Origin: a virus
Direction: 5' to 3' (one strand)
Length of the DNA stretch: 64,000 nt
IMG/VR virus record: IMGVR_UViG_3300045988_081755
Positions 37,214 to 46,515 of the stretch are shown here, piece by piece. Positions within the stretch are counted from its first letter, which is position 1. Each line of letters starts with the position of its first letter. Below the pieces are notes generated by a model. That model was given only the letters and a program-made list of their open reading frames with translations, made no database searches and was not told the DNA's origin. Position numbers and translations under genes: made by a program.

Positions 37214-37993
37214 TTATTTCACGAGACGAATGTTCTTCTTGTTATACATATACAAGGCTGCGTCTTGACCGATTGCCCCACATACAGGGTCGAGCAAATA
37301 GGCAGTTGTATTGTCACGCAAAGACTTCTGAATTTCGGGGTCGGTTTCCTCATCGATTGATTTAGTAATCAATTCACGAACAACCGCACGGTCACGAGAT
37401 ACGCTCAGGATGGTTTTGTCATCCTCGTCTTTCGCTCCACCGCCCATTTCGAGACTCTTTTCGATAACAGCCTTATTCAGACCAGCGGTCTTAAATGCAG
37501 GAGCAGTATCGCCAAAAGCAATAATCGCTTGACGCATACCGTCCAAAGATTTTTCAATCTTGTCAACGACAGGAGTCAAAGCCTGTTCAATTACTCCGGG
37601 AAGAGATTTCATGAACTCATCCTGAGACTGAGTAACCTTGCCAAGCAAGTTGTCTTCGATGCTCTTCATGATATCCGCAGAAATTGACTTGGCGATGTCG
37701 TCTTTGTCTTTACCCTTGTCAGCACCGCAACCCTTTTCAACATCGTCTGGGTCTTTCTTGTCACCATCCTTGTCATCAGGGTCTTTCTTGTCTTTTTCTT
37801 TGTCCTTTTCTTTCTTCTCGTGTTCACCGTCTCCGTCGCCTTCACCATGGTCATCCGGACCACTCTGAACCGACTTCTCCAATTTGATTGAGCCGGAATC
37901 AATCCAACCAGCAATCACCTCTTCTGAGAACCCACTACCAAGCAGGGACTTAACGAGGTCGTCATTTTTCTGTTCATCTGTTAATTGTACCAT
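37214..37993 (-). CDS. scaffolding protein
   Basis: 259 aa with a highly acidic, charged low-complexity core (DGDGEHEKKEKDKEKDKKDPDDKDGDKKDPDD). It lies between the protease and capsid genes. Confidence 0.55.
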   Translation of the reverse strand: MVQLTDEQKNDDLVKSLLGSGFSEEVIAGWIDSGSIKLEKSVQSGPDDHGEGDGDGEHEKKEKDKEKDKKDPDDKDGDKKDPDDVEKGCGADKGKDKDDIAKSISADIMKSIEDNLLGKVTQSQDEFMKSLPGVIEQALTPVVDKIEKSLDGMRQAIIAFGDTAPAFKTAGLNKAVIEKSLEMGGGAKDEDDKTILSVSRDRAVVRELITKSIDEETDPEIQKSLRDNTTAYLLDPVCGAIGQDAALYMYNKKNIRLVK

Positions 37994-38053
37994 AATCTTT
38001 TGAATTTTTCGGTTTAAAAATATTACAAAATTTCTTTTCCCTAAAATGAGTCG

Positions 38054-38728
38054 TCAAATGTCTTCTTGAACAATGCGGAATTTTGAGTCAATAATTATCC
38101 TCTTGTTTCCAACTACCTGTTCGAACATGATACTCTTTCGTAGGTGACTCTTCAAAATTTCACCCGTAGGAATAAAATCTTGCATTTGAATCCCCTTTAC
38201 AAAATCGATATACGAATTGAAATTCACAGGTGTGAACGTCAGAGCAATGTTATTGATAATTGCTTTCGTGATATGCTTTTCATTTTTCGGGTCTCGCTCG
38301 AGTGCTTTGCCCTCAATAGACATTCCAGGCTTTCGGGTTGAACCGCTTTCACGCATTTCAATACACTTATCCCAAAAGGCTCTCGCCTCGGGAGACTCGC
38401 TCCACAGCTTCCCTTTCACCCAAAACTTATTATCAACTATCTTCCCGTCAAGCGGTTCACCAATCCAAAACCTACTCTTCAGCTCTTTTGCTCGAACTGT
38501 TAGGTGGTCAAGATTGAATAAGCCGTGTTTCAGGAAGTATTGAATCTCGAAGCCGTTTGGCTCCATAGAGTCACCTTGATAATCCTTGCTGTCATCACTT
38601 GCGATACCCTCAAAGACCATGTTCTCGTAGCGACGTTCATCACCACGAGGATACTGCATAGCTTCCTCAGACTTCATAATGTCAAGAGGAAGCCAGAAGT
38701 TGAAATCATTTGGGGTTTGCTTCTTCAT
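38054..38728 (-). CDS. prohead maturation protease (HK97/S78-like)
   Basis: The order is protease, scaffold, capsid. The pattern EGIASDDSKDYQGD...NLDH...GMSIEGKAL...ALTFTPVN resembles the family. Confidence 0.5.
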   Translation of the reverse strand: MKKQTPNDFNFWLPLDIMKSEEAMQYPRGDERRYENMVFEGIASDDSKDYQGDSMEPNGFEIQYFLKHGLFNLDHLTVRAKELKSRFWIGEPLDGKIVDNKFWVKGKLWSESPEARAFWDKCIEMRESGSTRKPGMSIEGKALERDPKNEKHITKAIINNIALTFTPVNFNSYIDFVKGIQMQDFIPTGEILKSHLRKSIMFEQVVGNKRIIIDSKFRIVQEDI

Positions 38729-38753
38729 TGAATCCGTTTTTAAAATTCTGAGA

Positions 38754-38761
38754 CAAAATTA
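38754..38761 (-). promoter_or_regulatory. -7 promoter element TAATTTTG
   Basis: Exact TAnnTTTG, 26 nt upstream of ATG 38728. Confidence 0.4.
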
Positions 38762-38770
38762 CAAATCATT

Positions 38771-40072
38771 TCAGAAAGTTACAAATATTGGGTCACCAAC
38801 ATAATCGGTTCCTCTTTCATTCGCTGCCATAAATTCTTCATGAGGTGTCCGGACTTTCATCGGTCCCACCATCAAGGAATATTTCATTTCCTCGAGAAGA
38901 CGTAACATATCCGAGTCGTCGCCTGTAAACACAATTTCGCATTCAGTCAAGCGGTTGGTCGCTGGGTCTTCCTTATACCTTGTATCATGAATGATTAGAG
39001 GCTTCAAGAACTTCAGATGTCCGTTCTCCCCAACTGTCACTTCCTGCATTCCGCTGATACCTTTAAGAATGGTTTCGACACACTTCATCGGGTCACGAAC
39101 AGGAACAGCCAATTTTCGCTTGTCTCCGTCCATTGATTCAGGCTCAAGCGGTTTCACGGCTTCAATATCCATAGCCTTTTTCAGGATTGAAGTAAATCCC
39201 GGAACAAAAGCCTCCGGAGTAATGCGTCCTTCCTCAAGAGCTTTCAACAACGGTTGGGCGGCATCCATTTGCTGCGGTTTCATCATCAGGTCAAGAACGA
39301 TACGTCCTTGGTCAAAGATGAACGGCTTCAAAGGCATTTCCCCAAGGTCAATGAACTCTGCAAAACAATGTTCGCTCGCATCAACTGTTACAGGCTGGTC
39401 ACTGTCGACATACACCTGATAATATTTAATGTGGGCATCCGCATTCTTATGCTCCCCAAGATACACAATTCCTCTATCCGCAAGGGGGTCAAGATTTGTT
39501 TCTTCTTTTAGTTCACGTAATGCAGCGGTCTCAAAGTCCTCTCCTGGGTCGACATGACCTCCAGGGATACAAACCTTTCCAGTAGGACAGAACTCCTCAA
39601 CTCGATGTAATATGAGGACTCTACCAGACTTGTCCAAAGCAACCACATCAGCGTATTTGGTTGGCTCACCTGTAATTGACTTCACGATGTCGAAATACAC
39701 CTGTTTAGTCATCTTCCCTTCCCGATACGCCAGCTCGGCATTATCAAGAGTGTCAATGTCTTTACAGGCTTCCCCAACCTCAGGGTCATTGCGATAAGCC
39801 TCCAACGACTTCAGAATTTTGTTCCTCTGGTTTACGGCTGATGTAACTTCCTTTTGATGTTCTTTTAGGAATCCTCTATATTTCTCAAACACTTCGGATT
39901 TCTTCTGTTCCGGCAAACCATCAACTCCGTCAATTACTGACTTCTGAATTGAAAATTTATCGGACAGTTCTTGCCCAAGCAGGTCAAGTTTCCCGAGCTC
40001 CGATTTCAGATTCCGGTAATCCTCAATTTTCTCTTGAGCTGTCTGAATACCAAAAAACTTCTTTAAATTCAT
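38771..40072 (-). CDS. Nudix-hydrolase-domain protein embedded in the head module
   Basis: The Nudix box GGHVDPGEDFETAALRELKEETNL fits GX5EX7REUXEEXGU. The 433-aa protein has extra N- and C-terminal regions. Confidence 0.75.
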   Translation of the reverse strand: MNLKKFFGIQTAQEKIEDYRNLKSELGKLDLLGQELSDKFSIQKSVIDGVDGLPEQKKSEVFEKYRGFLKEHQKEVTSAVNQRNKILKSLEAYRNDPEVGEACKDIDTLDNAELAYREGKMTKQVYFDIVKSITGEPTKYADVVALDKSGRVLILHRVEEFCPTGKVCIPGGHVDPGEDFETAALRELKEETNLDPLADRGIVYLGEHKNADAHIKYYQVYVDSDQPVTVDASEHCFAEFIDLGEMPLKPFIFDQGRIVLDLMMKPQQMDAAQPLLKALEEGRITPEAFVPGFTSILKKAMDIEAVKPLEPESMDGDKRKLAVPVRDPMKCVETILKGISGMQEVTVGENGHLKFLKPLIIHDTRYKEDPATNRLTECEIVFTGDDSDMLRLLEEMKYSLMVGPMKVRTPHEEFMAANERGTDYVGDPIFVTF

Positions 40073-40083
40073 ATCTTTTCGTT

Positions 40084-41031
40084 TTAAACTGAATATTCTT
40101 TGTTTCCAATAGTTATCTTTGCTCGGCTCTTCCGCTCAACTTTACGTTGATAATTCTTAGGAGGCTCAAACTGTCTTGTATCAGGATTCCAAACATATCC
40201 TTTGGGGAGATACCTTAAATCACACCGACAGAACGGGTGAACAGGGTGTATCGTGGCTTTCCAGTCCTTAGACTTTACACCATAATTCGTACCGTTCGCC
40301 ATAAGTTCTGACAGGTGAAAAACCTTTGGCTCGCTTCCGATACCCCCTTTCAGGTACAGCCGTATGCAATGACGGCACGCTCCAGGAAAGACATCGAAGT
40401 AAACCAACGGGTCAGGGTCTTCTTCCATGATGATTTCCGCCCGACCAAGATTGTATATGTCTTGACTTTCCGTCTCAACAATACGTCCCCAATCACGGTT
40501 CCAATCATTCATTTGGTTCGCCAAGTTAGATGTTATCTTCTTGACTGAACGTTTCTCGAATGTGCCGTCCAACAGTTCCTTCTTCAGAACGGCATCAGCC
40601 TTTGCAGCCTCTTGAGCCTGTAAATAGCTGAGTTCCTCTGCCGAAATTGAAGCACGAACATCATTCTTGATACGCTCCGAAAATCCCTTGATATGAGTAT
40701 AAGTCTTGTTGGCTGCAACCTTATAGAACGCCATTTCCCTCGCTGTGGGCTCAAATAAGCCCATTTTAGAAAGAAACGCAGTAAACTCGGAGTAACTCAT
40801 CTGAGCCGTTGCATTCGTCCCAACAGCAGCCGAAACACGACCAAACAGAAAAGCCTGATAATGGGAAGGGAATTTAGGAATCAGTTTAATCAAGTCAACC
40901 CCTTTACGCTTGAGCAAGTCCAGGTCTTCCTTCGTTAGGAAGTCTTTCCCCAACACCTGTGCAACCATCTTGACCACCATGAGGTCGACGTTGTCCAAAA
41001 TCTTCTTTATTTCTTCTTCCGAAAATAACAT
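40084..41031 (-). CDS. Mu F / SPP1 gp7-like minor head (morphogenesis) protein
   Basis: Motifs CRHCIRLY and HPFCRCDLRY, with a position just after the portal gene. Confidence 0.6.
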   Translation of the reverse strand: MLFSEEEIKKILDNVDLMVVKMVAQVLGKDFLTKEDLDLLKRKGVDLIKLIPKFPSHYQAFLFGRVSAAVGTNATAQMSYSEFTAFLSKMGLFEPTAREMAFYKVAANKTYTHIKGFSERIKNDVRASISAEELSYLQAQEAAKADAVLKKELLDGTFEKRSVKKITSNLANQMNDWNRDWGRIVETESQDIYNLGRAEIIMEEDPDPLVYFDVFPGACRHCIRLYLKGGIGSEPKVFHLSELMANGTNYGVKSKDWKATIHPVHPFCRCDLRYLPKGYVWNPDTRQFEPPKNYQRKVERKSRAKITIGNKEYSV

Positions 41032-41195
41032 TATTTCTTTTCCTTTTGAATATCAACCATCGTTTGAACAATATCACCAAACAGCCGTACAGCGTTGAAA
41101 GCATTCTTCGACTGATTCTCATACTGCTTTTGAACCTTTGGATATCTCATCGGGTCAACGTGATGTTGGATTCTGGGGGATACAGGCTGTTTCAT
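41031..41195 (-). CDS. small ORF (54 aa) coupled to portal and Mu-F-like genes
   Basis: Below the track cut-off. ATGA overlap with the portal stop and TAATG overlap with the next start. Sequence MKQPVSPRIQHHVDPMRYPK... Confidence 0.35.
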   Translation of the reverse strand: MKQPVSPRIQHHVDPMRYPKVQKQYENQSKNAFNAVRLFGDIVQTMVDIQKEKK

Positions 41196-42940
41196 TTTCT
41201 TATTCCTAATTGTGAGTCAATAAATTCAAGAGCCTTCCCAAGAATAGGGTTGTCCATAGACTTCTCAACCAACATTTGGTCAATAGCCTCTTGAGCCGTC
41301 TTAGGAGAATCTTTACCCTCTTCGTCATCGACGATTTGGTTCATTCCTTCTCCTCCCATCATCTTGTTACTTTGAGCCGACTGATACACCGTGTTAAGGA
41401 TAGTATCCTTTTCGGGATTGAACTTCCTTCCGGAATACTTCTCAAACATATCCTCAAGAGATACGAACCCAGCCTCAGATTTCTTCTTGTCAAGTTCAAC
41501 CTGAGCAGCCTCGTCCTCTATCTCTATACCTGTAAAGACAAGCTCCAAGCGGTCATCAATCTCGCTGATGATATACTTATTCAGCACATTCTGATAGAAC
41601 ACCAACAGCGGAGTCAAACCTTTTTGGCGAGAATGGTCGAGACGTTCCTTCTGTCCTTCTTGACCGAATATACGGGCAGCATCCTGAAACTGAAAGCCGA
41701 GTTCCGATGGGTCCATACGGTACACAGCACAGGCAATCACCAATAGGAACTTAATCCATTCAGTGAATTCCATATCACGGTTCGTTTGCTGTAAATCAAT
41801 CCACTCGAGGTCTATACCTTGTATCACAGGAATCTTGTGAGAGTTGTACACGGTGCTCATCGTTTGTTTCCAGTCCTGACGGAATTCGTTCAGAGTTCCT
41901 TGGTCGATGTTTCCGTTCTTCACATTGATAAAGCCTTTCGGCTGGCTACCTTGTTTGAAGAAGTTACCATTATACTGCATTCCCCACAAAATCCACGTAA
42001 CAATTTCAATCAGCGTTTCCAGCTCCGAACAGCCATAGCCATTACGCAACACGTTGGTCGTCTTGTTTCGTACACCATACCCAAGTTCCCACGGATAGAA
42101 AACTACATACTCATTCGTTACAGGGTGTCTGATAATCTGACCGTCCCATACCATAGCATATCTTGGCAGATAACCATGCCAACGGAAATTCTCAAACATC
42201 TGTGCATATCGTGGGTCATTTGTGTCAAGCTGTCTAATAAGCGCAGCGTCCACGGCACGATACTTCTTGAGGTTCATGTTCCTCGCACGAACGAGCTCGA
42301 ACGTCATTTGGTCAAGCACGAGGGAATCCCTCAATACTTTACGGGTAAACTCTTGAAAGTTATCCTCACATTCCCATTTGTCATTCTCACCACCCTCTTC
42401 GAGAAACTTGACAATGTAGTCGACAATCTTCTTGTCCTTTACGTTCAGTTCCTTATCCTCAGAACCTTCCGAGCCTGGACTCTTCTTATAGCGTATCTGA
42501 TATCCTGGCTTCTGGTCATCAAGACTGTACTTTAAGAAGTTCTGAACCTGTTCAATACGAGTGTTGATGATAGCTTTAACAATAAAGATTTCGCCCATAC
42601 GATTGAGCGTGCCAAACGAAATACCGTTGTTCGGGTCTCGATAGCCTTTTCCGTTAAAGCCAATTTCAGAAGGATTCCAAAGGATTGATTTAATTTCCGG
42701 CTGCGGAGCTCTCCGACTGTTCTTTTGCTGTTCGGCAATGAACGCTTGTGCCTTCATTACTTCTTCAAAAGACTCCGAAGTTAGGGACTTCTGAAGCCTG
42801 TTGCGCAAAGCTATCGGAGCAGCCTGAGCCATCACTTGGAGTTCCTGAAGAGACAGTCCATCAAGACCGTCTATGGGAGCCGCATTATTGGCTCCCACTG
42901 AACTCCTGTTTTTTGATGAACGGTTTCTTCCTTTTCCCAT
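41192..42940 (-). CDS. portal protein
   Basis: 582 aa from the ATG at 42940; the tracked start at 43018 is TTG. The call rests on size and position upstream of the Mu-F-like gene. Confidence 0.6.
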   Translation of the reverse strand: MGKGRNRSSKNRSSVGANNAAPIDGLDGLSLQELQVMAQAAPIALRNRLQKSLTSESFEEVMKAQAFIAEQQKNSRRAPQPEIKSILWNPSEIGFNGKGYRDPNNGISFGTLNRMGEIFIVKAIINTRIEQVQNFLKYSLDDQKPGYQIRYKKSPGSEGSEDKELNVKDKKIVDYIVKFLEEGGENDKWECEDNFQEFTRKVLRDSLVLDQMTFELVRARNMNLKKYRAVDAALIRQLDTNDPRYAQMFENFRWHGYLPRYAMVWDGQIIRHPVTNEYVVFYPWELGYGVRNKTTNVLRNGYGCSELETLIEIVTWILWGMQYNGNFFKQGSQPKGFINVKNGNIDQGTLNEFRQDWKQTMSTVYNSHKIPVIQGIDLEWIDLQQTNRDMEFTEWIKFLLVIACAVYRMDPSELGFQFQDAARIFGQEGQKERLDHSRQKGLTPLLVFYQNVLNKYIISEIDDRLELVFTGIEIEDEAAQVELDKKKSEAGFVSLEDMFEKYSGRKFNPEKDTILNTVYQSAQSNKMMGGEGMNQIVDDEEGKDSPKTAQEAIDQMLVEKSMDNPILGKALEFIDSQLGIRK

Positions 42941-42942
42941 GA

Positions 42943-43638
42943 TTAAATAGTTCCAGGAGTGACGAATGTTTTTGCCTCGTAGGTTCTGCCTCCGTAGATG
43001 AAACGAATAGTGAACCAAGTAACCATTGCCGGACGGGTGATACCCAAATCCTTCACAATTTCAAACATCAGAGAATTGGAAGCCTTTGCGGTCAGGGTTT
43101 TCTTGTCTTCGCTCAACGTACCCAAGTCGGCAGAGTTTCCACGGAACTCAAGCTGACGTTCGTCAGCAAATATCTGTACCTGATATTCAGAATCATCCTG
43201 AGCATCGGCATCGGCAGCAATCTTTTTGAACTTCGCAACCAGCAAAGGCAAAGAACCCTTTGAAGAAGCATAGTCATATTGGTCAGTGTACGACTTCGGA
43301 ACCACGCTGTAATAGGTTGCCTCGTTATAAGCAACACCCAATTGCAATCCAAAGATTGTACCTACCTCTTCCGGCACACCAGAAGTAAAGTCAGCAGACT
43401 CATCAATGATAAGTTCATTGCCTTCGTAGCACTCTACTTTACATTCACAGGTCTTCGCCATGTTCAGCATAGTAGGAATAGTCACTTCGTCGCCCATCTT
43501 GAAATTCAAGCCAGCCGAAACAAGACCGGAATAATTCTTTCCAATCAGTCCTGTTATCATGAAGTTGTTAATGGTTCCAAGACCATCGGTCTCAACCGTT
43601 ACAGCTTCCGCACCTTTCGAATAAACATATTTCTTCAT
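42943..43638 (-). CDS. hypothetical protein
   Basis: 231-aa ORF with its own TAAATTTG box upstream. Confidence 0.45.
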   Translation of the reverse strand: MKKYVYSKGAEAVTVETDGLGTINNFMITGLIGKNYSGLVSAGLNFKMGDEVTIPTMLNMAKTCECKVECYEGNELIIDESADFTSGVPEEVGTIFGLQLGVAYNEATYYSVVPKSYTDQYDYASSKGSLPLLVAKFKKIAADADAQDDSEYQVQIFADERQLEFRGNSADLGTLSEDKKTLTAKASNSLMFEIVKDLGITRPAMVTWFTIRFIYGGRTYEAKTFVTPGTI

Positions 43639-43678
43639 TTCCTTTTATGTTTTAATTCTTACCAATTATTTAACGATA

Positions 43679-43686
43679 CAAATTTA
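43679..43686 (-). promoter_or_regulatory. -7 promoter element TAAATTTG
   Basis: Exact TAnnTTTG in the 43639-43720 gap. Confidence 0.4.
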
Positions 43687-43720
43687 CAAATAAAAATACC
43701 GAGATTAAAGCATGATATCC

Positions 43721-45148
43721 TTATTCCTTCTTTTGAGTCTCCTTACCACGGCTTTCCAATTCTCCCTTCACTTTCATTATAGAGTAAAGCAACTCCGCTC
43801 TTTGAGACTTCTTTATGGCTTCAAAGTTCTTGTTTAAATCATTCACAAGACCCTTCTCCATCTTCTTGAGGTTTTCCGTAGGAATGTTCTTAATGTTTGA
43901 CCACTTCTCATCAACACCCTTGCGAACCTTTTCTGACAGGTATTTCTTCAGATTGACCTTTCCGCTGTTAGGGACGTCCTCAAACTTGACACGGGTGTAA
44001 GACTCTTCGGTTTCACCTTGTTTTGATTCAGACTTTGAATCTTTAGAATTCCATTTATTTGCAAATTTATCCGCAGCCTTTGCAGCTTCATTTGGGGAGG
44101 AAAACAGTTTACTTTTCAAATCCTCTGCCTCTTTATGAAATTCTTCTGCTGCTTCAAAAGAAACTTTTGACGCTGAAACTGACGCTGAATATTCATACTT
44201 CTTGTCCTTCAGATTAGGAACAGCCTGGACAGCCATTGACTCTACCACACCATCTTCACCATATTTTTTCGTATCACTAAAAGAATTCCCCTCCCACCCA
44301 GAAAGACTCACTCGTTCTTTTTGGGGTTCGGACTTCGATTCTTCCTTTGATTTGCGATTTTCTTGAATGAGCTTGTTTATTTCACTCCATGTATCCGCAA
44401 TTTCTTTTGTAAGACGTTTTTCTTCATCAGACATTGGGGATTCAATATCAGGATTGGGGAACTTCTTTTTCTTTTCGGAAATGAGTCTTTCAACTTTTTC
44501 AGAAAGTTCTTTCCGTCTCTGAAGATTATCTACTTCTTCTTTCAACTTTTTTTTAATAGCAAAATCTGAAAATCCACCGATATGTTCAGCCAATGAACCA
44601 TTAAATTTTCTTCCAGTAACTTTGTTAATCCAAACTCCAACTTTTTCCTTTTTAAAAGGACCATATCCACCCCCTGAAGCTTCGGCTCCAATAGGAGCTT
44701 CCTTTAGAACTCTATCTGCCTTTTCATAGACAGATTCTTTTTGTTCAGATTCCTTCTTCTGGGCTTCGTTTATCTTCTTACTGGTTTCCTTGGCTTCCTC
44801 TGCGTTTTTCTTCTCTTCATTCGCCTTAACACCAGCATTAATCTTTTCAGCCTGTTTCTTCGCAGCCTCGAGTTTTTGTTTCTTCTCCGAAAGTTTCATC
44901 ACTTCCGCAGCCGGAAGATTCAGTTTCCCCTCGTTGATAGCAGCGATAACCTTGTTTACAGCCTCGAGCTCCTTTGCAGGGTCAGTTTCCTTCTTCTCAG
45001 TCTTTTCGCCATCGTCGGACTGTTTCTCAGCACCATACTTCTGTCCGACACGATGTTTACGACGGTTCTCAGCGGTGTCTGAATAAACACCCGAACGAGA
45101 TTTCATTATTGTTCTTTCTGTCAATGTAACCATATTCTTTTCAACCAT
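43721..45148 (-). CDS. Lys/Glu-rich 475-aa protein carrying an N-terminal GVYxDTxENRRxxRVGxxY motif
   Basis: Long charged helical ORF. The motif KSRSGVYSDTAENRRKHRVGQKYG is shared with the upstream gene. Confidence 0.5.
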   Translation of the reverse strand: MVEKNMVTLTERTIMKSRSGVYSDTAENRRKHRVGQKYGAEKQSDDGEKTEKKETDPAKELEAVNKVIAAINEGKLNLPAAEVMKLSEKKQKLEAAKKQAEKINAGVKANEEKKNAEEAKETSKKINEAQKKESEQKESVYEKADRVLKEAPIGAEASGGGYGPFKKEKVGVWINKVTGRKFNGSLAEHIGGFSDFAIKKKLKEEVDNLQRRKELSEKVERLISEKKKKFPNPDIESPMSDEEKRLTKEIADTWSEINKLIQENRKSKEESKSEPQKERVSLSGWEGNSFSDTKKYGEDGVVESMAVQAVPNLKDKKYEYSASVSASKVSFEAAEEFHKEAEDLKSKLFSSPNEAAKAADKFANKWNSKDSKSESKQGETEESYTRVKFEDVPNSGKVNLKKYLSEKVRKGVDEKWSNIKNIPTENLKKMEKGLVNDLNKNFEAIKKSQRAELLYSIMKVKGELESRGKETQKKE

Positions 45149-45162
45149 TTAATTTGATACCG

Positions 45163-45170
45163 CAAATATA
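45163..45170 (-). promoter_or_regulatory. -7 promoter element TATATTTG
   Basis: Exact TAnnTTTG, 15 nt upstream of ATG 45148. Confidence 0.4.
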
Positions 45171-45191
45171 TTACGAAATCTTGAATCATCA

Positions 45192-45215
45192 AAGAGTTTC
45201 CCGAAGAAAACTCTT
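45192..45215 (-). terminator. stem-loop (AAGAGTTT / AAACTCTT)
   Basis: 8-bp stem just downstream of the stop at 45219. The U-tract is weak. Confidence 0.3.
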
Positions 45216-45218
45216 GAA

Positions 45219-45461
45219 TTACTCCCAATCTTCAGGTAGGAGGGACTCCTTCCCGAGTTCCTTAGCACGCTTCTTAATCCAACGCTTCGCAGCAGCAGGG
45301 TCTTTTGCCCTGCCGACACTGCGTATAGCATCCTTTAAGTCCTGCCCGTTACGAATAGGAAACGAGCCATCCTTCATGGCTTCGCCTTCCTTTGCCAAAG
45401 CCTGTCTTTCCTTTTCGGGGAAGTCATGCTTATTCAACGATTTTTCGAGCAACGTTTCCAT
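45219..45461 (-). CDS. conserved small phage protein (DGSFPI...AIRSVGRA...RAKELG motif)
   Basis: 80-aa ORF. I recall this motif from phage head-module proteins. Function unknown. Confidence 0.5.
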   Translation of the reverse strand: METLLEKSLNKHDFPEKERQALAKEGEAMKDGSFPIRNGQDLKDAIRSVGRAKDPAAAKRWIKKRAKELGKESLLPEDWE

Positions 45462-45967
45462 TATTCATTGGGGATTTGGTTGACATACGGTTTCCCGACA
45501 CGACCCAAACGTTGATTGTCCGGAGTATCAGCATACACACCTGAACCCAGTGATTTGATGATGTCGTCTTTTGACTCATCACCTGTCAAAGACTTCAGGA
45601 AGTCAGCAGTAGGAGAGTAGGCTTGACCAACACGGTTCAAGCGACGGTTTTCGGGGGTGTCAAGATATACTCCTTCCAAGCCTTTCATGATTGTTCCGTC
45701 CGCAGCCTGTTCCCAAGCAACTTGCTTCTTACGATAATAGCGGAGGACATCTTTGTTCTGTTCGTCTGAGCAAACAGCCTTTTGGAGATACATTACATCA
45801 GCGACAAATGCCTCTTTTTCCTGGTCGCTTAATTCGCCACTACGACTCTTCATGAGTCCTTCTTTGTAGTAACTTGATACTTCCTCAGGAGTGAACACTT
45901 CATAACCGTTGTCAGCGGCAGTTTCCTCGAACATCGCCAAAGAAACTTTCTTGTTTTTATTTTCCAT
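45461..45967 (-). CDS. hypothetical protein with two GVYxDTPxNxRLxRVGxxY repeats
   Basis: The start was moved to the ATG at 45967 (GATTATG context) because a TACTTTTG box lies inside the tracked TTG-initiated extension. Repeats: GVYLDTPENRRLNRVGQAYS and GVYADTPDNQRLGRVGKPYV. Confidence 0.5.
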   Translation of the reverse strand: MENKNKKVSLAMFEETAADNGYEVFTPEEVSSYYKEGLMKSRSGELSDQEKEAFVADVMYLQKAVCSDEQNKDVLRYYRKKQVAWEQAADGTIMKGLEGVYLDTPENRRLNRVGQAYSPTADFLKSLTGDESKDDIIKSLGSGVYADTPDNQRLGRVGKPYVNQIPNE

Positions 45968-45999
45968 AATCTTCCTTTGTTTAAAATTTTCTTTGTGAG

Positions 46000-46007
46000 C
46001 AAAAGTA
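46000..46007 (-). promoter_or_regulatory. -7 promoter element TACTTTTG (start of the leftward head/structural transcription unit)
   Basis: Exact TAnnTTTG, 33 nt upstream of ATG 45967, at the edge of the divergent control region. Confidence 0.45.
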
Positions 46008-46061
46008 TTCAAAAATTTTGAATATGGTAGGAGAGAGTTCAACTGTCCTTAAAATAAAAAC

Positions 46062-46097
46062 GGGCAAAGAAGGAGGACTCTCGCCCTCCTTATGCCC
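46062..46097 (-). terminator. imperfect long hairpin with U-tract on the minus strand
   Basis: GGGCA..AAGGAGG / CCTCCTT.TGCCC, followed on the minus strand by GTTTTTATTTT. It lies upstream of the 46000 promoter. Confidence 0.3.
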
Positions 46098-46146
46098 CAG
46101 ACACTTCCTTAGTAGTAACTAAACACCAAAAGTAGAAATTCAGACT

Positions 46147-46182
46147 AAATCAAAATCTTTTGTCAAATCAAATGTAAATCAA
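46147..46182. repeat. AT-rich tract with three AAATCAA repeats (possible DNA-unwinding element)
   Basis: AAATCAA at 46147, 46165 and 46176, in a gene-free stretch next to the iterons. Confidence 0.35.
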
Positions 46183-46515
46183 GCCATAAAACAGACAGCT
46201 CGAGAACCGAACTGTACCATTATAACGGTATCGACTGGAAAAGGTTTTTCTCATTTCCTGTACCCCTAACGAATAAAGGCTGCGACAGCAGCCTCTCGAG
46301 GCGAAGCTCATCGAAGATGGCGAAGCCTGTCAAAACACCGAACGTCAGTGAGGAGTGTTTCGAGGTCGAAAATGACATTCATAAATTTCCGTTCGGGACT
46401 CTATTTCTTTTCTCTATTTCTAACTATTTCAATAATACTCATATTTACCCCTGCGCGCGAGGCTCTCTTGTCCTACGGATGTCTATCGGGATTTTCGAGC
46501 CACAATTTCCCGAAA

